A DNA stretch of 46,459 bases from Salibacteraceae bacterium (GTDB taxonomy: Bacteria > Pseudomonadota > Gammaproteobacteria > HK1), in the NCBI GenBank assembly GCA_964194585.1, contig CAXMNG010000251.1, forward strand, positions 1 through 46,459. Reading direction: 5' to 3'. Positions 8,217 to 17,545 of the stretch are shown here, one piece after another; position 1 is the first letter of the stretch; each line of letters begins with the position of its first letter. Made by a program: the position numbers and the translations under genes. The notes below the pieces were generated by a model. That model was given only the letters and a program-made list of their open reading frames with translations, ran no database searches and was not told the origin of the DNA.

Positions 8217-9254
8217 ATGGATATTGGTGAGCTGCTTGCGTTCGGCGTCAAGAACGGAGCATCGGATCTACATCTGTCGGCGGGTTTGCCGCCCATGATT
8301 CGAGTCGACGGCGACGTGCGCCGTATCAATGTTCCTGCCATCGATCACAAGACGGTTCATGATCTCGTTTATGACATCATGAATGACAAGCAGCGGAAGG
8401 ATTACGAAGAGTTTCTCGAGACGGACTTTTCCTTCGAGATCCCAGGGCTCGCGCGTTTCCGTGTCAACGCCTTCAACCATCATCGCGGTGCCGGTGCTGT
8501 TTTCCGTACGATTCCTTCGCAGATCCTGACCCTCGAGGAGCTGAGCTGCCCGAATATTTTCAAGGATATTTCCGATACCCCCCGCGGCATCGTTCTGGTT
8601 ACCGGGCCGACCGGATCAGGAAAGTCGACCACTCTGGCTGCAATGGTGGACCATAAGAACAGCAGTGAGTATGGCCATATTCTTACTGTCGAGGACCCCA
8701 TCGAATTCGTACACGAAAGCAAAAAGTGCCTGGTGAATCAGCGAGAGGTACACCGCGACACGCTGGGATTCAACGAGGCGCTGCGCTCGGCGCTACGCGA
8801 GGACCCAGACACCATACTGGTCGGCGAAATGCGCGATCTGGAGACTATCCGTCTGGCGCTCACCGCCGCCGAGACGGGCCATCTGGTGTTTGGCACCCTC
8901 CACACTAGCTCTGCCGCGAAAACCATCGACCGTGTCATCGACGTGTTTCCGGGTGCGGAGAAGGATATGGTACGCGCGATGCTCTCCGAGTCGTTACGGT
9001 CGGTCATCTCGCAGACATTGTTGAAAAAGAACGGCGGCGGCCGCGTCGCCGCTCACGAGATCATGATAGGGACGCCGGCGATTCGTAACCTCATTCGTGA
9101 GAACAAAGTCGCGCAGATGTACTCCGCGATTCAGACTGGACAGCAGTACGGCATGGTCACGCTCGATCAGACACTGCAGCATATGGTGCAACAGGGAGTT
9201 ATTTCGCGTCAGCAGGCGCAGCTCAAGGCGGCGAACAAGGATTCGATCGCCTGA
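8217..9254 (+). CDS. pilT: type IVa pilus retraction ATPase PilT
   Basis: 345 aa. Walker A GPTGSGKST and the PilT-specific AIRNLIRE motif (TPAIRNLIRENKV). Divergent from yggS, as in Pseudomonas. Confidence 0.95.
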   Translation: MDIGELLAFGVKNGASDLHLSAGLPPMIRVDGDVRRINVPAIDHKTVHDLVYDIMNDKQRKDYEEFLETDFSFEIPGLARFRVNAFNHHRGAGAVFRTIPSQILTLEELSCPNIFKDISDTPRGIVLVTGPTGSGKSTTLAAMVDHKNSSEYGHILTVEDPIEFVHESKKCLVNQREVHRDTLGFNEALRSALREDPDTILVGEMRDLETIRLALTAAETGHLVFGTLHTSSAAKTIDRVIDVFPGAEKDMVRAMLSESLRSVISQTLLKKNGGGRVAAHEIMIGTPAIRNLIRENKVAQMYSAIQTGQQYGMVTLDQTLQHMVQQGVISRQQAQLKAANKDSIA

Positions 9255-9299
9255 TCCAGGGCGTGCGAAGAGGAAGACACCCGCCGTCGGAGCAGCGAA

Positions 9300-10469
9300 A
9301 TGGAAAGAGAACAAGCTATCAAGTTCATGCTCGATCTTCTCAAGCTGTTGAAGCAGAAGAACGGCTCGGACCTGTTCATTACAGTTGGTTTTCCACCGGC
9401 GATGAAAATCGACGGCAAGGTCACGCCCGTGTCGAAGCAACCGCTGACACCCGAGAATGCCAAGGCGTTGACCTACTGCATCATGAATGATCGTCAGCTC
9501 AAGGAATACGAATCGACGAAAGAATGTAACTTCGCCATTGCCCCCCCGGGGGTTGGCCGATTCCGCTGCAACTCTTTCATACAGCAAAGCCATCCCGGCC
9601 TGGTCATGCGTACCATTACCACGGAGATTCCGACTCTCGATAGTCTTGGATTGCCGGAAGTTCTCAAAGACGTCTGTATGACCAAGAACGGACTGGTGAT
9701 CATGGTGGGCGGCACCGGCACCGGGAAGAGCACCAGCCTCGCGGCGATGGTTGATTATCGGAATCAGAACAGTCACGGTCACATCGTGACCATTGAGGAT
9801 CCCATCGAGTACGTCCACCCGCACAAGAACTGCATCATCATGCAGCGCGAGGTCGGCGTCGATACCGACGACTGGGGCATCGCACTCAAGAACTCACTGC
9901 GCCAGGCGCCTGATGTCATCCTGCTCGGTGAGATCCGTGATCGCGAGACCATGCAGTTCGGCATCCAGTTCGCGGAGACCGGACATCTGGCGCTCGCGAC
10001 GCTGCACGCCAACAATGCCAACCAGGCGTTGGATCGCATCATCAATTTCTTCTCCGAAGACCGTAAACAGCAGCTGCTCATGGACTTGTCCGCGAATTTG
10101 CGGGGGATCATCTCCCAGCGCCTGCTCAAGAGTCGATCCGGGGAAGGTCGCGTCGCAGCTATCGAGATTCTTCTCAATTCACCACTTATCAAGGATTTGA
10201 TCCTCAAAGGTGAACTGCATGAAATCAAACCGATCATGGCCAAGTCGCGCGAAATTGGCATGCAGACCTTCGATCAGGCGCTGTTCGATCTATATGAATC
10301 CGATCAGGTCACCTACGACGACGCGCTGCGGTACGCTGACGCCCAGAACGAGTTGCGACTGAGAATCAAGCTCGAGGGCAAGGCGGCGAAAGGCAAGGAC
10401 GCACTCGAAGGACTGGACCACCTGTCACTCGACCAGGGTTCGGAAGACAAAGGCACTCTCATGCGCTAG
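9300..10469 (+). CDS. pilU: PilU-type PilT-family ATPase
   Basis: 389 aa. Walker A GGTGTGKST. PilT-family core, but AIRNLIRE is replaced by SPLIKDLILKGE, and there is a C-terminal extension. Confidence 0.9.
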   Translation: MEREQAIKFMLDLLKLLKQKNGSDLFITVGFPPAMKIDGKVTPVSKQPLTPENAKALTYCIMNDRQLKEYESTKECNFAIAPPGVGRFRCNSFIQQSHPGLVMRTITTEIPTLDSLGLPEVLKDVCMTKNGLVIMVGGTGTGKSTSLAAMVDYRNQNSHGHIVTIEDPIEYVHPHKNCIIMQREVGVDTDDWGIALKNSLRQAPDVILLGEIRDRETMQFGIQFAETGHLALATLHANNANQALDRIINFFSEDRKQQLLMDLSANLRGIISQRLLKSRSGEGRVAAIEILLNSPLIKDLILKGELHEIKPIMAKSREIGMQTFDQALFDLYESDQVTYDDALRYADAQNELRLRIKLEGKAAKGKDALEGLDHLSLDQGSEDKGTLMR

Positions 10470-10517
10470 TGGCGGTGCCCCGCCAGATTTTGAATCCTTG
10501 TATCTGTTAGCACCTCT

Positions 10518-11576
10518 ATGGATATCCAACCCTACCTGAAGCTGCTGGTTGAGAAGAACGCCTCCGACCTGTTTTTCACGGCCGACTCGCCCGTGAAGCT
10601 CAAGTTGGAAGGAAGAGTAACCTCCGTCGGCAAAACCACACTCACCCCGGACCTGGTCGAAGCCGCCGTCAATGGCATTATGGACGACCGGCTCAGGCAG
10701 TTGTTCGCCGATACATGGGAATGTGATTTCGCTATCGCGCTTCCCGATGAAAGCGCGCGCTTTCGTATCAATGTGTTCCGCCAGCGCGGCAAGATCGCGA
10801 TGGTAGTCCGACTCATCCCGATGACTATTCCCACCATCGCGGAGCTGGGGCTTCCCGATATTCTGAATGAGCTGGTAATGACCAAACGCGGCCTCATTCT
10901 CATGGTTGGCGCCACGGGGTCGGGAAAGTCCACTACGCTGGCGGCCATGATAGACCATCGAAACGAAACCCATCCGGGGCACATTCTTACCATCGAGGAC
11001 CCAATCGAGTTTTATCATTCGAATAAGAAGTCCATCGTCAATCAGCGGGAAGTAGGCGTCGATACCATCTCTTACGCCAAGGCCCTTCGGTCGTCGCTGC
11101 GCGAGGCGCCGGACGTCATTCAGATTGGCGAGATACGTGATCGTGAAACCATGGAAGCGGGGCTCGAGCTCAGCAACACGGGACATCTCGCGATATCCAC
11201 CATGCATGCCAACAACTCCAACCAGGCCATGGAGCGGGTCATCAACATGTTTCCTCAAGTGCTGCACAAGCAGCTGTTCATGGATATGTCGTTGAACCTG
11301 TGCGCGATCATTTCGCAACGTCTGGTACCGGATCTCGACGGCAAGCGCTGCGCGGCGGTGGAAATTCTGATCAACACGCCGCATATCTCGGAGCTGATAC
11401 TCAAGGGCGAGATCGGCGAGATCAAGCAAGCCATGCAGGAGAGCGGCTCGCGGGGAATTCAGACCTTCGACGATGCCCTGTTCGCCCTGTACAAGGAAGG
11501 AAGAATCAGTCTCGACGAGGCGTTGAACAACGCCGATTCGCGTACGAATCTGGAAGCGAAGATTAATTTCGGCTAG
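10518..11576 (+). CDS. third PilT/PilU-family ATPase (PilU-like paralogue)
   Basis: 352 aa. Walker A GATGSGKST. TPHISELILKGE sits in place of AIRNLIRE. The N-terminus is parallel to the PilU copy (ASDLFFT.., ECDFAI). Confidence 0.88.
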   Translation: MDIQPYLKLLVEKNASDLFFTADSPVKLKLEGRVTSVGKTTLTPDLVEAAVNGIMDDRLRQLFADTWECDFAIALPDESARFRINVFRQRGKIAMVVRLIPMTIPTIAELGLPDILNELVMTKRGLILMVGATGSGKSTTLAAMIDHRNETHPGHILTIEDPIEFYHSNKKSIVNQREVGVDTISYAKALRSSLREAPDVIQIGEIRDRETMEAGLELSNTGHLAISTMHANNSNQAMERVINMFPQVLHKQLFMDMSLNLCAIISQRLVPDLDGKRCAAVEILINTPHISELILKGEIGEIKQAMQESGSRGIQTFDDALFALYKEGRISLDEALNNADSRTNLEAKINFG

Positions 11577-12775
11577 ATAACGCCGTCGGCGGTCAGTCGC
11601 TCGATGTCGGCGTGGGAAAGCCCGAGTTCCCCCAGAATTTCCTCGTTGTGCTCACCGAGCGCCGGGCCGGGCCACAGGGTTTCACCTGGAGTGTCTTCCA
11701 GTCGCGGAACCAGCGCTGGGATTTTCAGCGGATCGCCGTCGACCTGAACAGTTTCGAACATGCCGCGGTCGTTGAATTGCGGATCCCGCATCATGTCCTC
11801 GACGCTGTAGATGGGACCCGATGGCACCGAGACTGCGGCGAGACGCTCGAGCACCTCGCCGGAATCGAGCGTCGCCGTCCACCGGGAGATGGCGCCGTCG
11901 ACCTCTTCCTGATGCTCGACGCGACCGGCGTTGTCGCGAAGGCGGGCGTCGTCCGCCAGGTCGTCGCGGCCCGCGGCGCGCATCAGGCGCTGATATATCG
12001 AGTCGGCGTTGCCGCCGATGATCACATACTTGCCGTCCGCGCAAGGGTAGGTGTTGGTGGGCACGATGCCGGTGAGCGTCGAGCCCGACGGGCCGCGCAC
12101 CACATCGGCGCCGTCGTACTCCGGCACCACCGATTCCAGCATGTTGAACACCGACTCGTAGATGGCTACGTCCACCACCTGCCCGGAACCCTCGGCTTTC
12201 GAGCGTTGCTGGAGCGCCAGAAGAATACCGATGACGGCGTGCAGAGCCGCCAGCGTGTCACCCATACTGAGATTCGGCCGCACCGGCGCTTCGCCGGGAA
12301 AGCCGTTGACGTGACGAAATCCCCCGAAGCCTTCGCACACGGACGCGAATCCCGGCCACGAAGCGAGCGGACCGCTTTGTCCGTATCCTGAAACCCGGGC
12401 GTAGACCAGGCCAGGATTGCGTTTTTTCAGCTCTTGGGGTGAGAGATCCCATTTCTCCATCGTGCCCGGCCGAAAATTCTCGATCAGCACGTCGGCGTGC
12501 TCCGCCAGACGGGCGGCGATGGCCCGTCCTTCTTCTTTGCGCAGATCCAGGGTAATGCACTTCTTGTTGCGCCCCATGGACCGCCACCACAGGGACGTGC
12601 CGTTCTTCAGCACGCGCCAGTTACGCAGGGCGTCACCGCGGACCGGAGGCTCGATCTTGATGACCTCGGCGCCGAAGTAACCGAGCATGCAGCCGGCGAA
12701 TGGACCGGCGATGAGCTGGCCCATCTCGAGCACCCGGATGCCGTCCAGCGGGCGTGCATGGCCGGGTGCGCTCAT
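11573..12775 (-). CDS. family III CoA-transferase (CaiB/BaiF type)
   Basis: LDGIRVLEMGQLIAGPFAGCMLGYFGAEVIKIEPP signature. ATG 12775 has AAGGGG 5 nt upstream and avoids overlap with the upstream gene. Its stop shares a CTAG with the convergent pilU-like gene. Confidence 0.88.
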   Translation of the reverse strand: MSAPGHARPLDGIRVLEMGQLIAGPFAGCMLGYFGAEVIKIEPPVRGDALRNWRVLKNGTSLWWRSMGRNKKCITLDLRKEEGRAIAARLAEHADVLIENFRPGTMEKWDLSPQELKKRNPGLVYARVSGYGQSGPLASWPGFASVCEGFGGFRHVNGFPGEAPVRPNLSMGDTLAALHAVIGILLALQQRSKAEGSGQVVDVAIYESVFNMLESVVPEYDGADVVRGPSGSTLTGIVPTNTYPCADGKYVIIGGNADSIYQRLMRAAGRDDLADDARLRDNAGRVEHQEEVDGAISRWTATLDSGEVLERLAAVSVPSGPIYSVEDMMRDPQFNDRGMFETVQVDGDPLKIPALVPRLEDTPGETLWPGPALGEHNEEILGELGLSHADIERLTADGVI

Positions 12776-12794
12776 GAATGCCCCTTGGACAAGG

Positions 12795-13673
12795 TCACTG
12801 CCAGTGGACGCTGTAGGCATCGAAGACCGGCCCGTCGACGCACACGCGTTTCATGGCCGGGCCCTGCGGGGTGTCGATGCGTACGGCGCAGCCGGCGCAG
12901 CCGCCCACGGCGCAGGCCATGTATTCCTCCAGGCACACCTGGCACGGCAGGGAATACGCCCGCGCCAGTGCCGCGGTGGCCGACAGCATGGGCGTGGGGC
13001 CGCAGGCAAAAACGTACACCTGGCGGCGGCGTTCCTCATCCAGGCTGCCCAGCCAGGCGCGCGCCAGATCGGTCACGTAGCCGTCGTAACAGCCCGGGTA
13101 GCCCTGCAGGCTCGCGAGCCGGCTGGCGATGCCCCAGTCCTCCATCAGGGGCATACAGGCGATGACTCCGGGGGGCATTCCGGCCACCAGCGTCTGGGAG
13201 GGCCGGGTGACGAAGGGAAAGGGTACTTCGGAGCCCATGATCACGAATGGCTGAAGTTTCGGTTCCCGGCCGCGGAGATCGTCGGCAAGAAATACCATCG
13301 GCGGAATGCCGACGCCGCCGCCGATGAGCAATGGCAGCGGGTGGCTATCCGGTGCGGAAAACGGCACGCCGATGGGTCCCAGGATACTCAGCACCTGGCC
13401 AGCCTGCTTTTCGGACAGCAGTGCGGTTCCAGAACCTACCACCTTGTACAGAAACTCGGCCCAGCCGCGGCGCGCGTCCACGCGCATCACCGACAGCGGG
13501 CGGCGCATGGGCAGCAAATCATCGCACCGCAGGTGGGCGAAGCTACCCGCCCGCGCCGCGGCGGCGAGCTTCGGTGCTTGCACCCGCAGCACAAACTGAT
13601 CGCCGGGATACGCATCGTTGGCGAGTACCTCGGCGCTCTCCACGAAGATGCTGTTGCGGTCTTCTTTGCTCAT
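12795..13673 (-). CDS. PyrK-like FAD/NAD-binding iron-sulfur flavoprotein (dihydroorotate dehydrogenase electron-transfer subunit family)
   Basis: 292 aa. RPLSVM FAD motif, GGGVGIPP nucleotide-binding motif, and a C-terminal 2Fe-2S Cys cluster CQVCLEEYMACAVGGCAGCAV. Confidence 0.8.
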   Translation of the reverse strand: MSKEDRNSIFVESAEVLANDAYPGDQFVLRVQAPKLAAAARAGSFAHLRCDDLLPMRRPLSVMRVDARRGWAEFLYKVVGSGTALLSEKQAGQVLSILGPIGVPFSAPDSHPLPLLIGGGVGIPPMVFLADDLRGREPKLQPFVIMGSEVPFPFVTRPSQTLVAGMPPGVIACMPLMEDWGIASRLASLQGYPGCYDGYVTDLARAWLGSLDEERRRQVYVFACGPTPMLSATAALARAYSLPCQVCLEEYMACAVGGCAGCAVRIDTPQGPAMKRVCVDGPVFDAYSVHWQ

Positions 13674-13691
13674 GGGTGGCCCATGGGCGGT

Positions 13692-14975
13692 TCAGGCGGG
13701 CGGCGACTCGAACACCACGCGCCCGTCCACCAGTGTGCAATGGACGCGCCCCTTACACGTGTGGCCCTTGAAAGGGGTGTTGTGTCCGCGGCTCTGCATG
13801 CTCGCGTCGTCGAGCACCCACTGCTCCTCGGGGTCGAACAGGCACACATCGGCCGCGGCTCCCACCGACAGGGTGCCCCGATGGATTCCCAGGGCCGCTG
13901 CCGGGCCGCTGGTGAGCGCCGCCACCGCTCCGGAAAGGGTCAGCTCGTCGTCGTCCACCAGGCCCAGCACCAGGGCCAGCAGACTGTCCAGGGCGGAAAT
14001 GCCGGGCTCGGTCTCGGAGAAAGGCTTGAGCTTGGCATCCCGCTCGTGGGGCTGGTGGTCGGAGCAGATACTGCCGATTACGCCGGCGCGTACACCGGCG
14101 CGCAGGCGGGCGCGATCATCGAGGCTTCGCAGGGGCGGGCGCACGTGGCAGTAACCGTCGAAGGAGCCGACGTCCGCCTCGGTCAGGAGCAGCTGATGGA
14201 TGGCCACGTCGGCGCTTACCGGCAGTCCGTGGCTGCGGGCGTCGCGAACCATGTCCACGGCAGGCCCCGTGGACAGGTGACAGAAATGCGTGCGTGTACC
14301 CGTCTGCTCGACCAGCAACAGCTCGCGGGCGACACCGATGCTTTCGGCGATCTCCGGGATACCGGGCAATCCGAGGCGCGTGCCCACCGCCCCGTCGTGG
14401 ACCAGTCGGTCCCTCGCAAGCCACGGATCCTCGGCGTTCACGAAAACCGTGAGACCGAAAGTCGCGGCGTACTCCATGGCGCGGCGCATGACCTCGGTAT
14501 CGCTCACCGGTTGCATGGCGTTGGATACGCCCAGACATCCGGCTTCCTTGAGCGCGCCCATCTCGGCGATGTTTCGGCCGTCGAGATCGCGGGTCAGTGC
14601 GCCCAGCACCTCGACCCGGGCATGGCCACTGGCGGTTGCCCGCTGGTGAATGAGCTCGGCCACCGACGGCGTGTCGATAATCGGATCGGTATCCGGCGGG
14701 CAGCACAACGTCGTGATGCCGCCGCGGGCCGCGGCACGGGATTCGCTGGCGATGGTCGCCTTGTGCTCGGCACCGGGCTCGCGTAGACGCGCTCGCAGGT
14801 CGACGATGCCCGGGATCAGCACCAGACCGGATGCATCCAGCACCCGCTCGGCGTCGAAACCGTCGGGTATCTTGCCGACGCTCTGCACGCGGCCGTCGGA
14901 GATGGTCACATCGGTGACCCCGTCCACGCCGTTGGCGGGGTCGACGACGCGGGCGCCGCTGATCCGCATGCGCAT
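13692..14975 (-). CDS. pyrC': dihydroorotase-like protein, probably the non-catalytic PyrC' partner of ATCase
   Basis: 427 aa, amidohydrolase fold. The canonical D-x-H-x-H-LREPG reads VDLRARLREPG, with both His replaced by Arg. ATGA overlap with the pyrB stop. Confidence 0.85.
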   Translation of the reverse strand: MRMRISGARVVDPANGVDGVTDVTISDGRVQSVGKIPDGFDAERVLDASGLVLIPGIVDLRARLREPGAEHKATIASESRAAARGGITTLCCPPDTDPIIDTPSVAELIHQRATASGHARVEVLGALTRDLDGRNIAEMGALKEAGCLGVSNAMQPVSDTEVMRRAMEYAATFGLTVFVNAEDPWLARDRLVHDGAVGTRLGLPGIPEIAESIGVARELLLVEQTGTRTHFCHLSTGPAVDMVRDARSHGLPVSADVAIHQLLLTEADVGSFDGYCHVRPPLRSLDDRARLRAGVRAGVIGSICSDHQPHERDAKLKPFSETEPGISALDSLLALVLGLVDDDELTLSGAVAALTSGPAAALGIHRGTLSVGAAADVCLFDPEEQWVLDDASMQSRGHNTPFKGHTCKGRVHCTLVDGRVVFESPPA

Positions 14976-15961
14976 CAGCCGACCTCCCGCTCGGCGGCGG
15001 CGTGGCTGCCGATGGCCATGGACATCACGGCCATGCGAATGGCGATGCCGTAGCTCACCTGGCGCAGGATCACCGAGCGCGGTCCGTCGGCGACGTCCGA
15101 GTCGATCTCGACGCCGCGATTGAGCGGGCCCGGGTGCATGACGATGGCATCCGGATCGGCGACCGCCAGCTTTTCTTCGGTGACGCCGTAATATTGGAAG
15201 TATTCGTGGGAGCTCGGCAGCAGGGCGCCCTGCATGCGCTCATTCTGCAGCCTCAGCAGAATCACGACGTCGGCACCGGCAAGCCCTTCGCGAAGATGGT
15301 GGTGCACGGTAACGCCCAGGGATTCCACCCCGGGGGGCACCAGGGTGCGGGGTGCGACGATGCGCACCTCGGCCGCGCCCAGTATCGTCAGGGCGTGTAT
15401 CTGCGAGCGCGCTACCCGCGAGTGGGCCACGTCGCCGACGATGGCGACTTTGAGCGACGCGAAGTCACCCTTGTGGCGGCGAATGGTGAACATGTCGAGC
15501 ATCGCCTGGGTGGGATGCGCGTGACGACCGTCCCCGCCGTTGATGACGCTGATGTGGGGCGCGGCGTGACGTGCAATGAAATGCGCAGCGCCGCTCTGGG
15601 CGTGACGCACCACGAACATGTCACAGTGCATCGCTTCGAGGGTCCGCAGGGTATCCAGCAGGCTTTCGCCCTTGGTGGTGGACGAGGTGCTGGCATTGAT
15701 GTTGAGCACGTCGGCAGAGAGTCGCTTGGCAGCAAGCTCGAAGGTCGTGCGGGTCCGCGTGCTCGGCTCGAAGAACAGGTTGACGATGGTCTTGCCGCGC
15801 AGCAACGGCACCTTCTTTACCGCTCGCTCTCCGACGCCTGCGAAGGATTCGGCCGTATCGAGTATCTTGACCAGCAGCTCGCGTTCGAGCCCATCGATGG
15901 TGAGAAAGTGCTTGAGCCTGCCGTGGGCGTCGACCTGGAGCGTGTTGCCGGTGCTGGTCAT
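14975..15961 (-). CDS. pyrB: aspartate carbamoyltransferase catalytic subunit
   Basis: [19 protein letters not shown] and HPTQAMLD motifs; 328 aa. Confidence 0.95.
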   Translation of the reverse strand: MTSTGNTLQVDAHGRLKHFLTIDGLERELLVKILDTAESFAGVGERAVKKVPLLRGKTIVNLFFEPSTRTRTTFELAAKRLSADVLNINASTSSTTKGESLLDTLRTLEAMHCDMFVVRHAQSGAAHFIARHAAPHISVINGGDGRHAHPTQAMLDMFTIRRHKGDFASLKVAIVGDVAHSRVARSQIHALTILGAAEVRIVAPRTLVPPGVESLGVTVHHHLREGLAGADVVILLRLQNERMQGALLPSSHEYFQYYGVTEEKLAVADPDAIVMHPGPLNRGVEIDSDVADGPRSVILRQVSYGIAIRMAVMSMAIGSHAAAEREVG

Positions 15962-15975
15962 GCGCTGTTTTCGGA

Positions 15976-16488
15976 TCAGGTTTTCCTGGTGATTTCCAGA
16001 GACAGGGGCTCGGGTCCGCGGAGCTTCACATACTCGTGGCTGGCGAGGCTCAATCGTTGACCGATGGCGTCGGCTTGCACGGGTATTTCGCGGCCGCTGC
16101 GTTCCACCAGCACCCCCAGGGTCACGCTTGCCGGACGCCCATAGTCGAAAATCTCATTCAGGGCTGCGCGGATCGTGCGCCCCGTGTGCAGCACGTCGTC
16201 GATGAGCACCACGTGACGGTCGTCGACGGAGAACAGATCCGAAGGCGTCACCATCGGATGCATGCCGATGCGGGTGAAATCGTCGCGGTAGAAGTTGATG
16301 TTGAGCGTCCCCAGGGGTGTTTCGACAGCGAGCAGTTGGTGCAGCTTCCTGGCCACCCAGACGCCGCCGGTGTGCACACCCACCATCAGCGGTGCGTCGC
16401 GGTTATTGCGCGCGAGATGCTCCTGGAGCGCGTCCCCGAGCTTGGCGACCAGCGCGTCGGTGTCGCCCGGGTTGCCAGGGTCGCTCAT
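15976..16488 (-). CDS. pyrR: bifunctional pyr operon regulator / uracil phosphoribosyltransferase PyrR
   Basis: PRPP loop [21 protein letters not shown] 16488 forms an ATGA overlap with the ruvX stop, so it is preferred over 16515. Confidence 0.9.
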   Translation of the reverse strand: MSDPGNPGDTDALVAKLGDALQEHLARNNRDAPLMVGVHTGGVWVARKLHQLLAVETPLGTLNINFYRDDFTRIGMHPMVTPSDLFSVDDRHVVLIDDVLHTGRTIRAALNEIFDYGRPASVTLGVLVERSGREIPVQADAIGQRLSLASHEYVKLRGPEPLSLEITRKT

Positions 16489-16907
16489 GCCGATGATCTT
16501 TGTTCGTTCAGCCAACTTTCCAGGATAATCTGTGCCGCCACCGGGTGGTCGTCGCTGCCGGTCCGGCCCTCGGATGCCAGCCGATTGCGTGCTTCGCGGG
16601 TGGTGAGCCGCTCGTCGACCAGATGCACGGGCAATTGATAGCGTCCCAGGAGCTGGTCGCCAAATCGCCGCGCGCGCCGGGTCACCTTCTGCTCCGTGCC
16701 GTCCATGTTGAGCGGCAGACCGACGACCAGGGCGTCAGGCTGCCAGGTCGTCACGATGCGTGAGATAGCGTTCCAGTCCGGGTGGCTGCGGGTGACGTGG
16801 ATGGTTTCCAGGGGATTGGCAGTGCCGGTCAGGGTCTGGCCGACCGCGACACCGATATTTTTTTCGCCGTAATCGAAAGCAAGCAGGGTCTCCGCCTGCT
16901 CCGTCAC
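16485..16907 (-). CDS. ruvX: Holliday junction resolvase-like protein RuvX (YqgF)
   Basis: LLAFDYGEKNIGVAVG N-terminal RNase H-like motif. The GTG start overlaps the yqgE stop (GTGA). Confidence 0.92.
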   Translation of the reverse strand: MTEQAETLLAFDYGEKNIGVAVGQTLTGTANPLETIHVTRSHPDWNAISRIVTTWQPDALVVGLPLNMDGTEQKVTRRARRFGDQLLGRYQLPVHLVDERLTTREARNRLASEGRTGSDDHPVAAQIILESWLNEQRSSA

Positions 16908-17464
16908 GCGTGGCCAGCCTCGCCGGAGAGGCGATCCAGGTCGACTCCGAGCAGGCGCGCGGCGCTTTCGTAGCGCTTCTCATAGGGCAGATCGAAGATG
17001 ATGCTGCTGTCGGCGGGACCACTCAACCAGGCGTTCTGCTGCACCTCGTGCTCGAGCTGCCCCGCGCCCCATCCGGCGTAGCCGAGTGCCACCACAGCGC
17101 GCTCCGGGCCGTCGCCGTGGGCCACCGCAGTCAGAATGTCGCGCGACGTCGCGACGCCGATCTCGTCCCCCACCGCCAGCACCGCGTCCCACTGGCCGGC
17201 CGGCTCATGGATGACGAATCCACGGTCGCGTTGCATCGGACCGCCCTGCAGCACCATCATGTCTTTGACCTCGATGTTTTCGACCTCGATGGACATGTGG
17301 TCCAGAACCTCGCCGAGGTTCAAATCCAGGGGCCGATTGATGACGATGCCCATGGCCCCTTCGTTGTTGTGGGCACACAAATAGGTCACGGTGCGATGGA
17401 AATTCGGGTCCCGAAGGGCCGGCATCGCGATCAGGAATTGATTCGTGAGGTCCATCGACCGCAA
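16904..17464 (-). CDS. yqgE: YqgE/AlgH family protein
   Basis: LTNQFLIAMPALRDPNFHRTVTYLCAHNNEGAMGIVINRP family signature; 186 aa. Confidence 0.9.
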   Translation of the reverse strand: MRSMDLTNQFLIAMPALRDPNFHRTVTYLCAHNNEGAMGIVINRPLDLNLGEVLDHMSIEVENIEVKDMMVLQGGPMQRDRGFVIHEPAGQWDAVLAVGDEIGVATSRDILTAVAHGDGPERAVVALGYAGWGAGQLEHEVQQNAWLSGPADSSIIFDLPYEKRYESAARLLGVDLDRLSGEAGHA

Positions 17465-17545
17465 TTATCGGCACTAGGGATTCGCTACACAAGCGCCAGA
17501 TTCAGAATGGACGCGGTCATTTCGGCCGGCTGCCACCGACCCGAC

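Noticed and set aside
12687-14786. 699-aa plus-strand ORF antisense to the PyrK-like and pyrC' genes.
   Set aside because: It is the same GC3-driven antisense artefact, with low-complexity Gly/Arg/His/Ala content, while the opposite strand carries clear family motifs.
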